A DNA stretch of 64,000 bases from IMG/VR virus record IMGVR_UViG_3300046007_013272; one strand, written 5' to 3'. Source of the DNA: an uncultured virus (IMG/VR IMGVR_UViG_3300046007_013272). Lineage: Duplodnaviria; Heunggongvirae; Uroviricota; Caudoviricetes. A program made the translations under genes and the position numbers. Positions 9,375-16,011 of the stretch are shown piece by piece (positions within the stretch are counted from its first letter, which is position 1; each line of letters opens with the position of its first letter). Below the pieces are notes generated by a model, which worked only from the letters and a program-made list of their open reading frames with translations, did no database searches and was not told the origin of the DNA.

Positions 9375-9766
9375 AAAAAATTTGGGTTAATGGAACGTTT
9401 GATGTACTTCATCCCGGACACATTAAACTCCTCGAATTTGCTAAAGCACAAGGAGATCACCTTGCTGTAGGGTTAGATACCGATGATAGGGTTACAAATT
9501 TAAAAGGAGAAGGTCGTCCGTTTCATACCTTAGAAGATCGTATGTTTGCTATACGTTCTATAAAATATGTAGATGAAGTTTTCGCATTCTCGAGCGACGA
9601 CGAACTACGTGAGCTTATGATGGCGTATAATCCCACTATACACGTAATCGGTAGTGACTATATCGAGCAATATGGAAAGATTATTGGAATCGGTATTGCT
9701 GAAGACCTTGTGTTTTTTGATAGAATTGAAGATTATTCTTCTTCGCGAATTATTCAAAATATGTAG
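9371..9766 (+). CDS. cytidylyltransferase-family nucleotidyltransferase (RfaE domain II/TagD-like)
   Basis: GTFDVLHPGH (HxGH), VGLDTD..V..LKG..RP, GSDY and YSSSRII motifs. Confidence 0.9.
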   Translation: MKKIWVNGTFDVLHPGHIKLLEFAKAQGDHLAVGLDTDDRVTNLKGEGRPFHTLEDRMFAIRSIKYVDEVFAFSSDDELRELMMAYNPTIHVIGSDYIEQYGKIIGIGIAEDLVFFDRIEDYSSSRIIQNM

Positions 9767-9817
9767 TATATACGGATGTACGGATGTCCGAAATGTTAAA
9801 GAAAACTTTCGAGGAGA

Positions 9818-9849
9818 CTTGGAAATTTAAAATTCGTTTCGTATCTTTA
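9818..9849 (+). promoter_or_regulatory. Bacteroidota-type promoter
   Basis: CTTG-N20-TATCTTTA. Confidence 0.55.
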
Positions 9850-10022
9850 CCCTGTAATTAAAAAATGAAGGTTATGTTATTGTCTCTAACGATTGTCTCG
9901 GGGTTTCGGTTTTTGAACACCATGTTTGTTAAGGAATTTGATATGAAGAAGGAAGTATCCGGCTTCATTGCTCAAACTATTCTTGTTGCTGCTTGTATTG
10001 CACTTGTTAAAGTATTTTTTTA

Positions 10023-10523
10023 ATGGCTAATTACGGAGTACAACCCGTTCGAGACCGCTTACAAAGGATAACACCTGAGCAAGCAGCCGAATATGTTCCT
10101 TTGAAGGAAGATTTTACGGGTACAACTGTTGATCAATGTCCTTTTTTTACCCTCACCTCTGGAAGTGATGGTTGGGAAAATGTGACTTATTATACTTCTA
10201 GAAAGCGAAATATTTTTGCTGATAGAGGAGATGGAAAGCATTGGGTTTATGTTTTGCAAAACGATTCAATGCCCGGTCTTTATAAGATTGGTTACACTCA
10301 TTTAATGCCTGAGGAAAGAGCACATCAAGTTTCTTCTTCAACAGGTGTTGCTACTCCATTTAAAGTTGTTTTTGCTTTTAAATGTCACGATGGAATGATG
10401 CTTGAAAAAGAAATACATCGTTATTTAGATATTTATCGCGTAAACAACAATAGAGAATTCTTCCAGGTTGAACTAGAAGAAGCTATCAACACTATTGAAT
10501 TTTTAGGAAAAACTTATAAATAA
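10023..10523 (+). CDS. T5orf172/GIY-YIG domain protein
   Basis: WVYVLQNDSMPGLYKIGYT...PEERA...TGVATPF...LEKEIH...NREFF. Confidence 0.9.
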   Translation: MANYGVQPVRDRLQRITPEQAAEYVPLKEDFTGTTVDQCPFFTLTSGSDGWENVTYYTSRKRNIFADRGDGKHWVYVLQNDSMPGLYKIGYTHLMPEERAHQVSSSTGVATPFKVVFAFKCHDGMMLEKEIHRYLDIYRVNNNREFFQVELEEAINTIEFLGKTYK

Positions 10524-10524
10524 A

Positions 10525-10600
10525 CTTGCCCTCGTAAATCTCTTTTCGTAACTTGGAGATACAGGGGTTAAGAAAAAGGAAAGGAAGGAAGGATGAAGGA
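10525..10600 (+). repeat. promoter plus purine-rich leader, copy 1
   Basis: CTTG-N20-TAACTTGG AGATACAGGGGTTAAGAAAAAGGAAAGGAAGGAAGG; similar copy at 15719-15801. Confidence 0.6.
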
Positions 10601-11099
10601 GGAAATGATGGAAACGAGGGGTAGGATATTCTGTGATATGGATGGGGTGCTAACGGATTTCGATGGGAGATTCGAGTATTTCACCGGTTTATCTCCTAAG
10701 GAATACGAGGACACTAAGGGAACAGAAGCGTTTTGGAATGCTATTACTCCCATAGGAAAAGATTTTTGGTCTAAAATGCCTTGGACCCCCGGTGGTCGTA
10801 GACTTTGGAACTTTATTAAAGACCATGAACCTAAACTTTTAACTGCTCCTTCACAAGATGTTTCTTCTAGAATAGGAAAAAATGAATGGGTTATAAACCA
10901 TTTATCTCCTATGCCTAAAGTTATTTTTAAAGGTGCTAAATACAAACATCAAGCTTTAAAATACCCCACTGATATTCTTATTGACGATAGATACGACAAT
11001 ATTACTCGTTGGAGGTCTGCTGGTGGAATTGGTTTACATCATTCTACAAATGGTGATCCTTCTGAAGTTATAGAAAAATTAAAAGAATTGGGTTATTAG
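10593..11099 (+). CDS. HAD-family 5'(3')-deoxyribonucleotidase-like protein
   Basis: IFCDMDGVLTDF, LLTAP, GKNEW, ILIDD and W..AGGIG motifs. Confidence 0.85.
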   Translation: MKEEMMETRGRIFCDMDGVLTDFDGRFEYFTGLSPKEYEDTKGTEAFWNAITPIGKDFWSKMPWTPGGRRLWNFIKDHEPKLLTAPSQDVSSRIGKNEWVINHLSPMPKVIFKGAKYKHQALKYPTDILIDDRYDNITRWRSAGGIGLHHSTNGDPSEVIEKLKELGY

Positions 11100-11100
11100 A

Positions 11101-11132
11101 TTTGGAGATATAGATATTTATTTATATCTTTA
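11101..11132 (+). promoter_or_regulatory. promoter of the tRNA array
   Basis: TTTG-N20-TATCTTTA ending 9 nt before tRNA-Leu. Confidence 0.7.
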
Positions 11133-11141
11133 CAAAAGAAT

Positions 11142-11227
11142 GCCGCCTTGGTGAAATAGGTAGACACAAGGGACTTAAAATCCCTCGGACAGCAATGTTC
11201 GTACCGGTTCGATTCCGGTAGGCGGTA
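11142..11227 (+). tRNA. tRNA-Leu(TAA)
   Basis: Cloverleaf; anticodon loop CTTAAAA; long variable arm; GTTCGA T-loop. Confidence 0.95.
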
Positions 11228-11286
11228 CAAAATATATCTAAGTGTGTAAGCTTTGAGATTTTATATTTTTGTTGTACATTTTGTAC

Positions 11287-11748
11287 ATGAATAGGATCTT
11301 TAAAAGTGGCACTACACATAAACCCATACAACTTATCCCGTATCTTTTAAATTATATAAAAGAATACCCAGAAACTAAGATTTATGTGGGTACTGATTCT
11401 CAAAATCGGGGCCCTGAAACAGTTTATGTTACTGCTATTGTTTTAAGATATAGAAGTCGAGGTTGTCATGTTCTATATCATAAAACTAAAGTCCCTATTA
11501 TCAGAGATTTTTGGGGTCGGTTGTGGAGAGAGACAGAAATGTCAATTGAAACCGCATTATTTGTTATAGAAAACAGTCCTCTAAAAGTCGAGTCAATCGA
11601 TTTAGATTTTAATGAAGACGAATATAAGTTATCTAACAAACTTGTAGCCGCATCTAAAGGTTGGGTTCACGCAGCCGGATTTAAATCTACTACAAAACCT
11701 TCACTCCAGATCGCAACAAGAGCAGCCGATCACGTTATAAGAACTTAA
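11287..11748 (+). CDS. ribonuclease H-like YkuK/DUF458 family protein
   Basis: IYVGTDSQ...YVTAIV...RLWRETEMS...IDLDFN...KP...AADH. Confidence 0.85.
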   Translation: MNRIFKSGTTHKPIQLIPYLLNYIKEYPETKIYVGTDSQNRGPETVYVTAIVLRYRSRGCHVLYHKTKVPIIRDFWGRLWRETEMSIETALFVIENSPLKVESIDLDFNEDEYKLSNKLVAASKGWVHAAGFKSTTKPSLQIATRAADHVIRT

Positions 11749-11756
11749 AGAAAAAA

Positions 11757-11788
11757 TTTGGCGAATATTTATATTATTCGTATCTTTA
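11757..11788 (+). promoter_or_regulatory. promoter upstream of the main tRNA/ncRNA block
   Basis: TTTG-N20-TATCTTTA. Confidence 0.7.
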
Positions 11789-11835
11789 CAAAAGAGTTAG
11801 AAATAACAAACGTTATTTGACATGTGGGTAAACAA

Positions 11836-11915
11836 GCCGAGATGGTGGAATGGTAGACACGCTGGTCTTAGGAACCAGTGCCTAGTGTGTGCGGGTTCGA
11901 GTCCCGCTCTCGGTA
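11836..11915 (+). tRNA. tRNA-Leu(TAG)
   Basis: Cloverleaf; anticodon loop CTTAGGA. Confidence 0.95.
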
Positions 11916-11917
11916 CA

Positions 11918-12118
11918 AATGAAAAATTCCTTACAGAAGACAGATTAGCACTGTTGAAAGGAACCTTGGCTTCAAATGGATCGCAACCATAACGAAGGTT
12001 AAATGCCCCAAGGTACTCTGTGATGGGCCCTGCTCTATGGTGCACTCATAACAGGTGAGCAGTAAACTATGCTCAGTCAAACCCACAACCACGGTGAGCG
12101 TGGAAGGAGTTTTTCATT
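11918..12118 (+). ncRNA. putative structured ncRNA (~200 nt), family unknown
   Basis: Closed by AATGAAAAATTCCTT/AAGGAGTTTTTCATT with several internal stems; fills the space between two tRNAs. Confidence 0.6.
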
Positions 12119-12125
12119 TACTATT

Positions 12126-12199
12126 GGTCCCGTAGCTCAGCTGGATAGAGCATCGCACTTCTAATGCGACGGTCATTGGTTCGAATCCAATCGGGATCA
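12126..12199 (+). tRNA. tRNA-Arg(TCT)
   Basis: Cloverleaf; loop CTTCTAA. Confidence 0.95.
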
Positions 12200-12207
12200 C
12201 ATAAAAT

Positions 12208-12281
12208 TCTCCCTTAGCTCAGTTGGTTAGAGCGAATGACTGTTAATCATTAGGTCCCTGGTTCGAGCCCAGGAGGGAGAG
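12208..12281 (+). tRNA. tRNA-Asn(GTT)
   Basis: Cloverleaf; loop CTGTTAA. Confidence 0.95.
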
Positions 12282-12283
12282 CT

Positions 12284-12578
12284 AAAGTAATGTGGCTGAA
12301 CAAAAGGGTTGAGAGCTCTTAAGGCACTGGCTGAACTGCTGAAAAGTAGGAATGTTGGGTCGAACAGACATGTGAGGTAAAACCACTCAAACTGCGGGGT
12401 AGAATGTACAACCCTTCAGCCTCTGAGGTCCCGCGAAGTTATTCAGACTGATCTCTGCAGCGGGTGCCGGTAGTCAATCCGGCTAGTTATTACAGCAGAA
12501 TTAGCTACTCTGTTGGATTATGGGTGAAAGGGGGCATGTCCAGGACGTGTGGGTAGTCAGGATTCCCACCATTACTTT
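12284..12578 (+). ncRNA. putative structured ncRNA (~295 nt), family unknown
   Basis: Ends pair (AAAGTAATG/CATTACTTT); GC-rich interior with hairpins; no + strand ORF in the track. Confidence 0.6.
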
Positions 12579-12583
12579 TTTAT

Positions 12584-12672
12584 AGTCAGGTGGCGGAATG
12601 GTAGACGCACCGTTGTACTTTATGTCTGCGGAGAAAGGAACATTCGTACAGGTTCGAATCCTGTCCTGACTA
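12584..12672 (+). tRNA. tRNA-like gene with aberrant anticodon arm (undetermined), copy 1
   Basis: AGTCAGG/CCTGACT acceptor, D arm and T arm intact; anticodon arm lacks a 5-bp stem plus 7-nt loop. Confidence 0.7.
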
Positions 12673-12673
12673 C

Positions 12674-12776
12674 AAAGGTGTTAACCACCCGGCCTACTAG
12701 AGTGAAGTATCGAGTACGATATACTTGAATAGAATAGGTAGCTACCATAAGAACGCTTTAAATTCGTTAACACTTT
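12674..12776 (+). ncRNA. hairpin RNA with CCATAAGAAC loop, copy 1
   Basis: AAAGGTGTTAAC/GTTAACACTTT outer stem; AGC-TACCATAAGAAC-GCT inner hairpin. Confidence 0.55.
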
Positions 12777-12783
12777 CCTATAT

Positions 12784-12855
12784 CGCGGGATAGAGCAGAG
12801 GTAGCTCGTTGGGCTCATAACCCAAAGGCCGAAGGTTCGATTCCTTCTCCCGCTA
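12784..12855 (+). tRNA. tRNA-fMet(CAT), initiator
   Basis: C1:T72 mismatch, GGG/CCC in the anticodon stem, loop CTCATAA. Confidence 0.92.
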
Positions 12856-12858
12856 CAA

Positions 12859-13043
12859 TGAGTAAGAGATACTCACAGTCTTTGGTCTAAGACTTAAACA
12901 ATAGACCCGCAGAATGTCTACGGCGCGAGTGGGACATCGTGGGAATAAAGGAGAACGACACAACTCCTCCCAGTAGTGTTGACTGTTTTCAAGGAGTAAG
13001 ATCCTCAGGGTTTTTGAAAGGAAAAACCGGGAATATCTACTCA
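12859..13043 (+). ncRNA. putative structured ncRNA (~185 nt), family unknown
   Basis: TGAGT..AGAT/ATCTACTCA closing stem; ACAGTC/GACTGT; TAGAC/GTCTA; GGAG/CTCC; GGTTTT/AAAACC. Confidence 0.5.
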
Positions 13044-13067
13044 CTGTAATCTCAGGTGGGGAAACAT

Positions 13068-13142
13068 AGTCAGGTGGTGTAATGGTAACTACCGCTCGCG
13101 TAAATTCGGGGGCAGATACAGGTTCAAGTCCTGTCCTGACTA
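13068..13142 (+). tRNA. tRNA-like gene with aberrant anticodon arm (undetermined), copy 2
   Basis: Same AGTCAGG/CCTGACT acceptor and ACAGG/CCTGT T stem as copy 1; irregular anticodon arm. Confidence 0.7.
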
Positions 13143-13143
13143 C

Positions 13144-13195
13144 AAAGAGTACTTATCACGCTACCCATAAGAACAGCGTCCCCGGATAAGTCTTT
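13144..13195 (+). ncRNA. hairpin RNA with CCATAAGAAC loop, copy 2
   Basis: AAAGA(GT)ACTTATC/GATAAGTCTTT outer stem; CGCT-ACCCATAAGAAC-AGCG inner hairpin. Confidence 0.55.
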
Positions 13196-13199
13196 TGTG

Positions 13200-13317
13200 A
13201 GAGAGATAGTGAAGCTGTTAGTTGGTGATGGTGCTAAAAGGATGAAAAAGGGTTTTAGAGTATTCCGAGGCCAAGCAAGTCACCAATCAGTAACCCTGAA
13301 AGACCCGAAGTCTCTCT
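13200..13317 (+). ncRNA. putative structured ncRNA (~120 nt)
   Basis: AGAGAGAT/GTCTCTCT ends; GTTAGTTGGTGAT/GTCACCAATCAGTAAC inner stem. Confidence 0.5.
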
Positions 13318-13322
13318 TTTAA

Positions 13323-13405
13323 TGGAAGGTGGGTGAGTGGTTAAAACCGGCAGACTGTAAATCTGCTCCCTTACGGGTACGGCGGTTCGAATCCGTCCCT
13401 TCCAA
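13323..13405 (+). tRNA. tRNA-Tyr(GTA)
   Basis: Cloverleaf; loop CTGTAAA; long variable arm. Confidence 0.95.
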
Positions 13406-13409
13406 CTAC

Positions 13410-13540
13410 AGAAACAGAGGAAGCGTAGAACAACTAGCCGAGAGAGCGGCGACGCAAGGGTACACACTTAGTAGCTCTCTTATTGGTGTGTTAAGCATTT
13501 GTTAGATTCCTGATAAAGTTGTTCCTGTTTCTTTTTTTTT
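13410..13540 (+). ncRNA. putative structured RNA ending in a U-tract
   Basis: AGAAACAG/CTGTTTCT and GAACAACT/AGTTGTTC stems, AGAGAGC/GCTCTCT, then a T run. Confidence 0.45.
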
Positions 13541-13551
13541 ATACTAAAATT

Positions 13552-14301
13552 ATGCTACAACTATTAAAAGCTTTTAATTTTACACTTCCTATTATTAAAG
13601 AAGGAAAATGGGGGAATGTAGAAATTGTTAAAAATAATAATACTTATATTCTTTTAGTAGATGGAGAACAATGGCTTCTCTATAAGGAAAATAATCACGA
13701 TACCGCTTATCAAGTTTTTTCACATTATGATTTAGCTTATGGACATGTAGTTTGTACTGGAATGGGGTTTGGGATTCGTGAAAATTGGTTGATTAACAAT
13801 CCTAAAGTAACTAAGATTACAGTTATTGAACGTAGCCAAGATCTTATAAATTATCATAAAGAAGTAAATTCACCATTTATTACTAGTCCTAAAGTAGAAA
13901 TATTCAATGGGAATGCTAGTGAGTACAAAGGTAAATGTGATGTTCTATTATTAGACCATTATGAACTTGAATCTTGGGAAGAAATGTTACAGGATGTTTA
14001 TAAGTGTCAACAAAATATTGATTGTGATTTGATGTGGTTTTGGCCTCTAGAAAAAATTATTACAATCTATAGAAAGTATTATACAGATAATATTGCTCCA
14101 TATAATCTTCTTACAAAACATCAAACATATCAGTTAATTAAAGAAAATTATAAGTTAGATAAATTACCTAATATAGATGAATCTACCTTAAATTTATATA
14201 TTATGATGTATTTTTCAAGTTTATTTACAAACACAGAATGGGTACTTAATACATACTTTACTGATAGAGTAGTTAATCATAACATATATTGTATGATTTA
14301 A
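13552..14301 (+). CDS. class I SAM-dependent methyltransferase / spermidine-synthase-like fold protein
   Basis: VVCTGMGFGI, ITVIE, IFNGNA and DVLLLDH motifs. Confidence 0.7.
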   Translation: MLQLLKAFNFTLPIIKEGKWGNVEIVKNNNTYILLVDGEQWLLYKENNHDTAYQVFSHYDLAYGHVVCTGMGFGIRENWLINNPKVTKITVIERSQDLINYHKEVNSPFITSPKVEIFNGNASEYKGKCDVLLLDHYELESWEEMLQDVYKCQQNIDCDLMWFWPLEKIITIYRKYYTDNIAPYNLLTKHQTYQLIKENYKLDKLPNIDESTLNLYIMMYFSSLFTNTEWVLNTYFTDRVVNHNIYCMI

Positions 14302-14308
14302 TATATTT

Positions 14309-14381
<73 letters not shown>

Positions 14382-14387
14382 CTTAAT

Positions 14388-14458
14388 TACCCTCTCGTCT
14401 AATGGCAGGACAAGTGGTTTTGGTCCACTTAATTGGGGTTCGAGTCCCTGGGGGGTAA
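14388..14458 (+). tRNA. tRNA-Gln(TTG)
   Basis: Cloverleaf; loop TTTTGGT. Confidence 0.92.
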
Positions 14459-14464
14459 CTATAT

Positions 14465-14541
14465 TGGAGAATATCCCCTCAAGCTTATACCTTGTAGAAA
14501 GGGTAAGTGGTTACATGTGGGTTCGAGTCCCATTTCTCCAA
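14465..14541 (+). tRNA. atypical D-armless tRNA-like gene (apparent anticodon TAT)
   Basis: TGGAGAA/TTCTCCA acceptor and canonical T arm; CAAG-CTTATAC-CTTG hairpin; no D arm at the normal position. Confidence 0.6.
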
Positions 14542-14545
14542 CAAT

Positions 14546-14619
14546 GCGCCTTTAGCTCAGTCGGTTAGAGCAGGAGACTCATAATTTCTTGGTCGGGGGT
14601 TCGAGCCCCTCAAGGCGCA
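14546..14619 (+). tRNA. tRNA-Met/Ile2(CAT), elongator type
   Basis: Fully paired acceptor stem; loop CTCATAA. Confidence 0.88.
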
Positions 14620-14658
14620 CTTGATTTTTATCGCAATTTCCCATATATTTATGGGAAT

Positions 14659-14745
14659 GGAGGTTTGGCAGAGCGGTCGAATGCGGCAGTCTTGAAAACT
14701 GTTTTAGGTGAGAGCCTAACCGGGGTTCGAATCCCTGAGCCTCCG
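14659..14745 (+). tRNA. tRNA-Ser(TGA)
   Basis: Cloverleaf; loop CTTGAAA; long variable arm; G discriminator. Confidence 0.95.
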
Positions 14746-14772
14746 CTAACTTAATTAATTAAATTCAAAATC

Positions 14773-14937
14773 ATGAAAAACGCAATTTTTGCATTTCTTT
14801 TCGCAGCTGTAGCTGTATCTTGTGCTCAATCTACTGAAGAAGTAGTAGTTGAAGAAGTAGTAGTAGATACTACTGCTACTGTAGACTCTACCTCACTTGA
14901 AGTAGAAGCTGAAGGCGAAGAAGCAGCAGCTGAATAA
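14773..14937 (+). CDS. small acidic lipoprotein (54 aa, MKNAIFAFLFAAVAVSCAQSTEEVVVEE...)
   Basis: Read by eye (below the ORF-track cutoff); signal peptide II with VAVS-C lipobox and E/V-rich tail. Confidence 0.75.
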   Translation: MKNAIFAFLFAAVAVSCAQSTEEVVVEEVVVDTTATVDSTSLEVEAEGEEAAAE

Positions 14938-15044
14938 TACTGAGTCTAGCCTCTAAATCCTCTTCCCAGAGAGGTTGACTTCGGAGAAAAGATTCAAAAG
15001 GGGAGTACGTGAACCGATAGCGTCTTAGAAAAAACCTCCCATAC

Positions 15045-15117
15045 GCTTCCTTAGCTCAGCTGGTAGAGCCACTGATTTGTAATCAGTAGGTCGTTGGTTC
15101 GAATCCGACAGGAAGCT
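15045..15117 (+). tRNA. tRNA-Thr(TGT)
   Basis: Cloverleaf; loop TTTGTAA. Confidence 0.95.
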
Positions 15118-15191
15118 CATCTCGCCTTCCATCTGAAAGGAGTAAGTGGAGAAGGAGTAAAGAAGCCGTTACTTTGTAGCGGTTTCGGTAT

Positions 15192-15264
15192 GCGAAAGTA
15201 GCTCAGTTGGTAGAGCATAACCTTGCCAAGGTTAGGGTCGCCGGTTCGAATCCGGTTTTTCGCT
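15192..15264 (+). tRNA. tRNA-Gly(GCC)
   Basis: Cloverleaf; loop TTGCCAA. Confidence 0.95.
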
Positions 15265-15311
15265 CAAAATTATCCACATTCCCTTTTTTAAAAAGCTATA
15301 TATTTATATCC

Positions 15312-15713
15312 ATGGATATGGATAAGATATTTAGTCTCTTTGACTCTGAATCGGGGCAAGAGTTACTAACTCAAAGTTCCCCCAAGAGATTGGAGGACAC
15401 CGCCTTATTCCATGTTGGGATGTTCCGCAAATTAATTCTTAGTGAAAATACTTATCATAAAGAATTACACAAGGAATTCCCTTTTATGAAAGGCATTGAT
15501 ATTCTTAGTGAAGCTGTTGTCTTTCATAGAGCATATTTTTATATAGACAAAGTTAAATTTGAAGAAGAATTAGGTAAAGAAGCCTTAAAATTTTTCAATG
15601 GAATAGAACTAAAAACTTGTTTTAAATTATCAATACACTTTTTTGAAGAAAAAGAAGCATATGAAAAATGTGCTCATCTAAAAAAACTCCTAGATTTCTG
15701 TGAAGAATCATAA
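15312..15713 (+). CDS. hypothetical protein (C-terminal E.YEKCA.L, UVR-like motif)
   Basis: Start trimmed to lie past tRNA-Gly; preceded by ATATTTAT. Confidence 0.7.
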   Translation: MDMDKIFSLFDSESGQELLTQSSPKRLEDTALFHVGMFRKLILSENTYHKELHKEFPFMKGIDILSEAVVFHRAYFYIDKVKFEEELGKEALKFFNGIELKTCFKLSIHFFEEKEAYEKCAHLKKLLDFCEES

Positions 15714-15718
15714 TTAAA

Positions 15719-15801
15719 CTTGCTACCATGAACCTTTTTTTGTAACTTCGAGATACGGGGTTAGAAAGAAAGGGAAGGAAAGGTAGGAGAGATAAGGGGG
15801 G
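15719..15801 (+). repeat. promoter plus purine-rich leader, copy 2
   Basis: CTTG-N20-TAACTTCG AGATACGGGGTTAGAAAGAAAGGGAAGGAAAGG. Confidence 0.6.
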
Positions 15802-15831
15802 TTATGTACATTCAACCTAAAATATATTATT

Positions 15832-16005
15832 ATGAGAACTCCTGAAGTAGCAATTTCAAAAATTGAAAAAATCGAAGGTAAATTAAAAACTATGAGCGTT
15901 TTACTTACCCGTCAATCAACTGCTCAACAATTTCAAGAACAAATTACATCTGCTGAAGATTTACTTCAAGATATAAAAGATATGATCCAAAGAGATATTC
16001 AATAA
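15832..16005 (+). CDS. small coiled-coil protein (57 aa, MRTPEVAISKIEKIEGKL...)
   Basis: Read by eye; ends 6 nt before the HD gene. Confidence 0.65.
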   Translation: MRTPEVAISKIEKIEGKLKTMSVLLTRQSTAQQFQEQITSAEDLLQDIKDMIQRDIQ

Positions 16006-16011
16006 GTTTTT

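Noticed and set aside
9874..10023. Possible programmed frameshift joining MLLSLTIVS to a downstream hydrophobic frame
   Set aside because: No canonical slippery heptamer or stimulatory structure; could be a decayed small gene or an assembly indel.
12284..12578. RNase P RNA or tmRNA
   Set aside because: No GAGGAAAGTCC/P4 signature, and no tmRNA-type acceptor/T-arm ends or tag ORF recognised.
12584..12672. Ochre suppressor reading (forced loop CTTTATG, anticodon TTA)
   Set aside because: The flanking stem does not pair properly, position 37 is not a purine, and TAA is the dominant stop codon.
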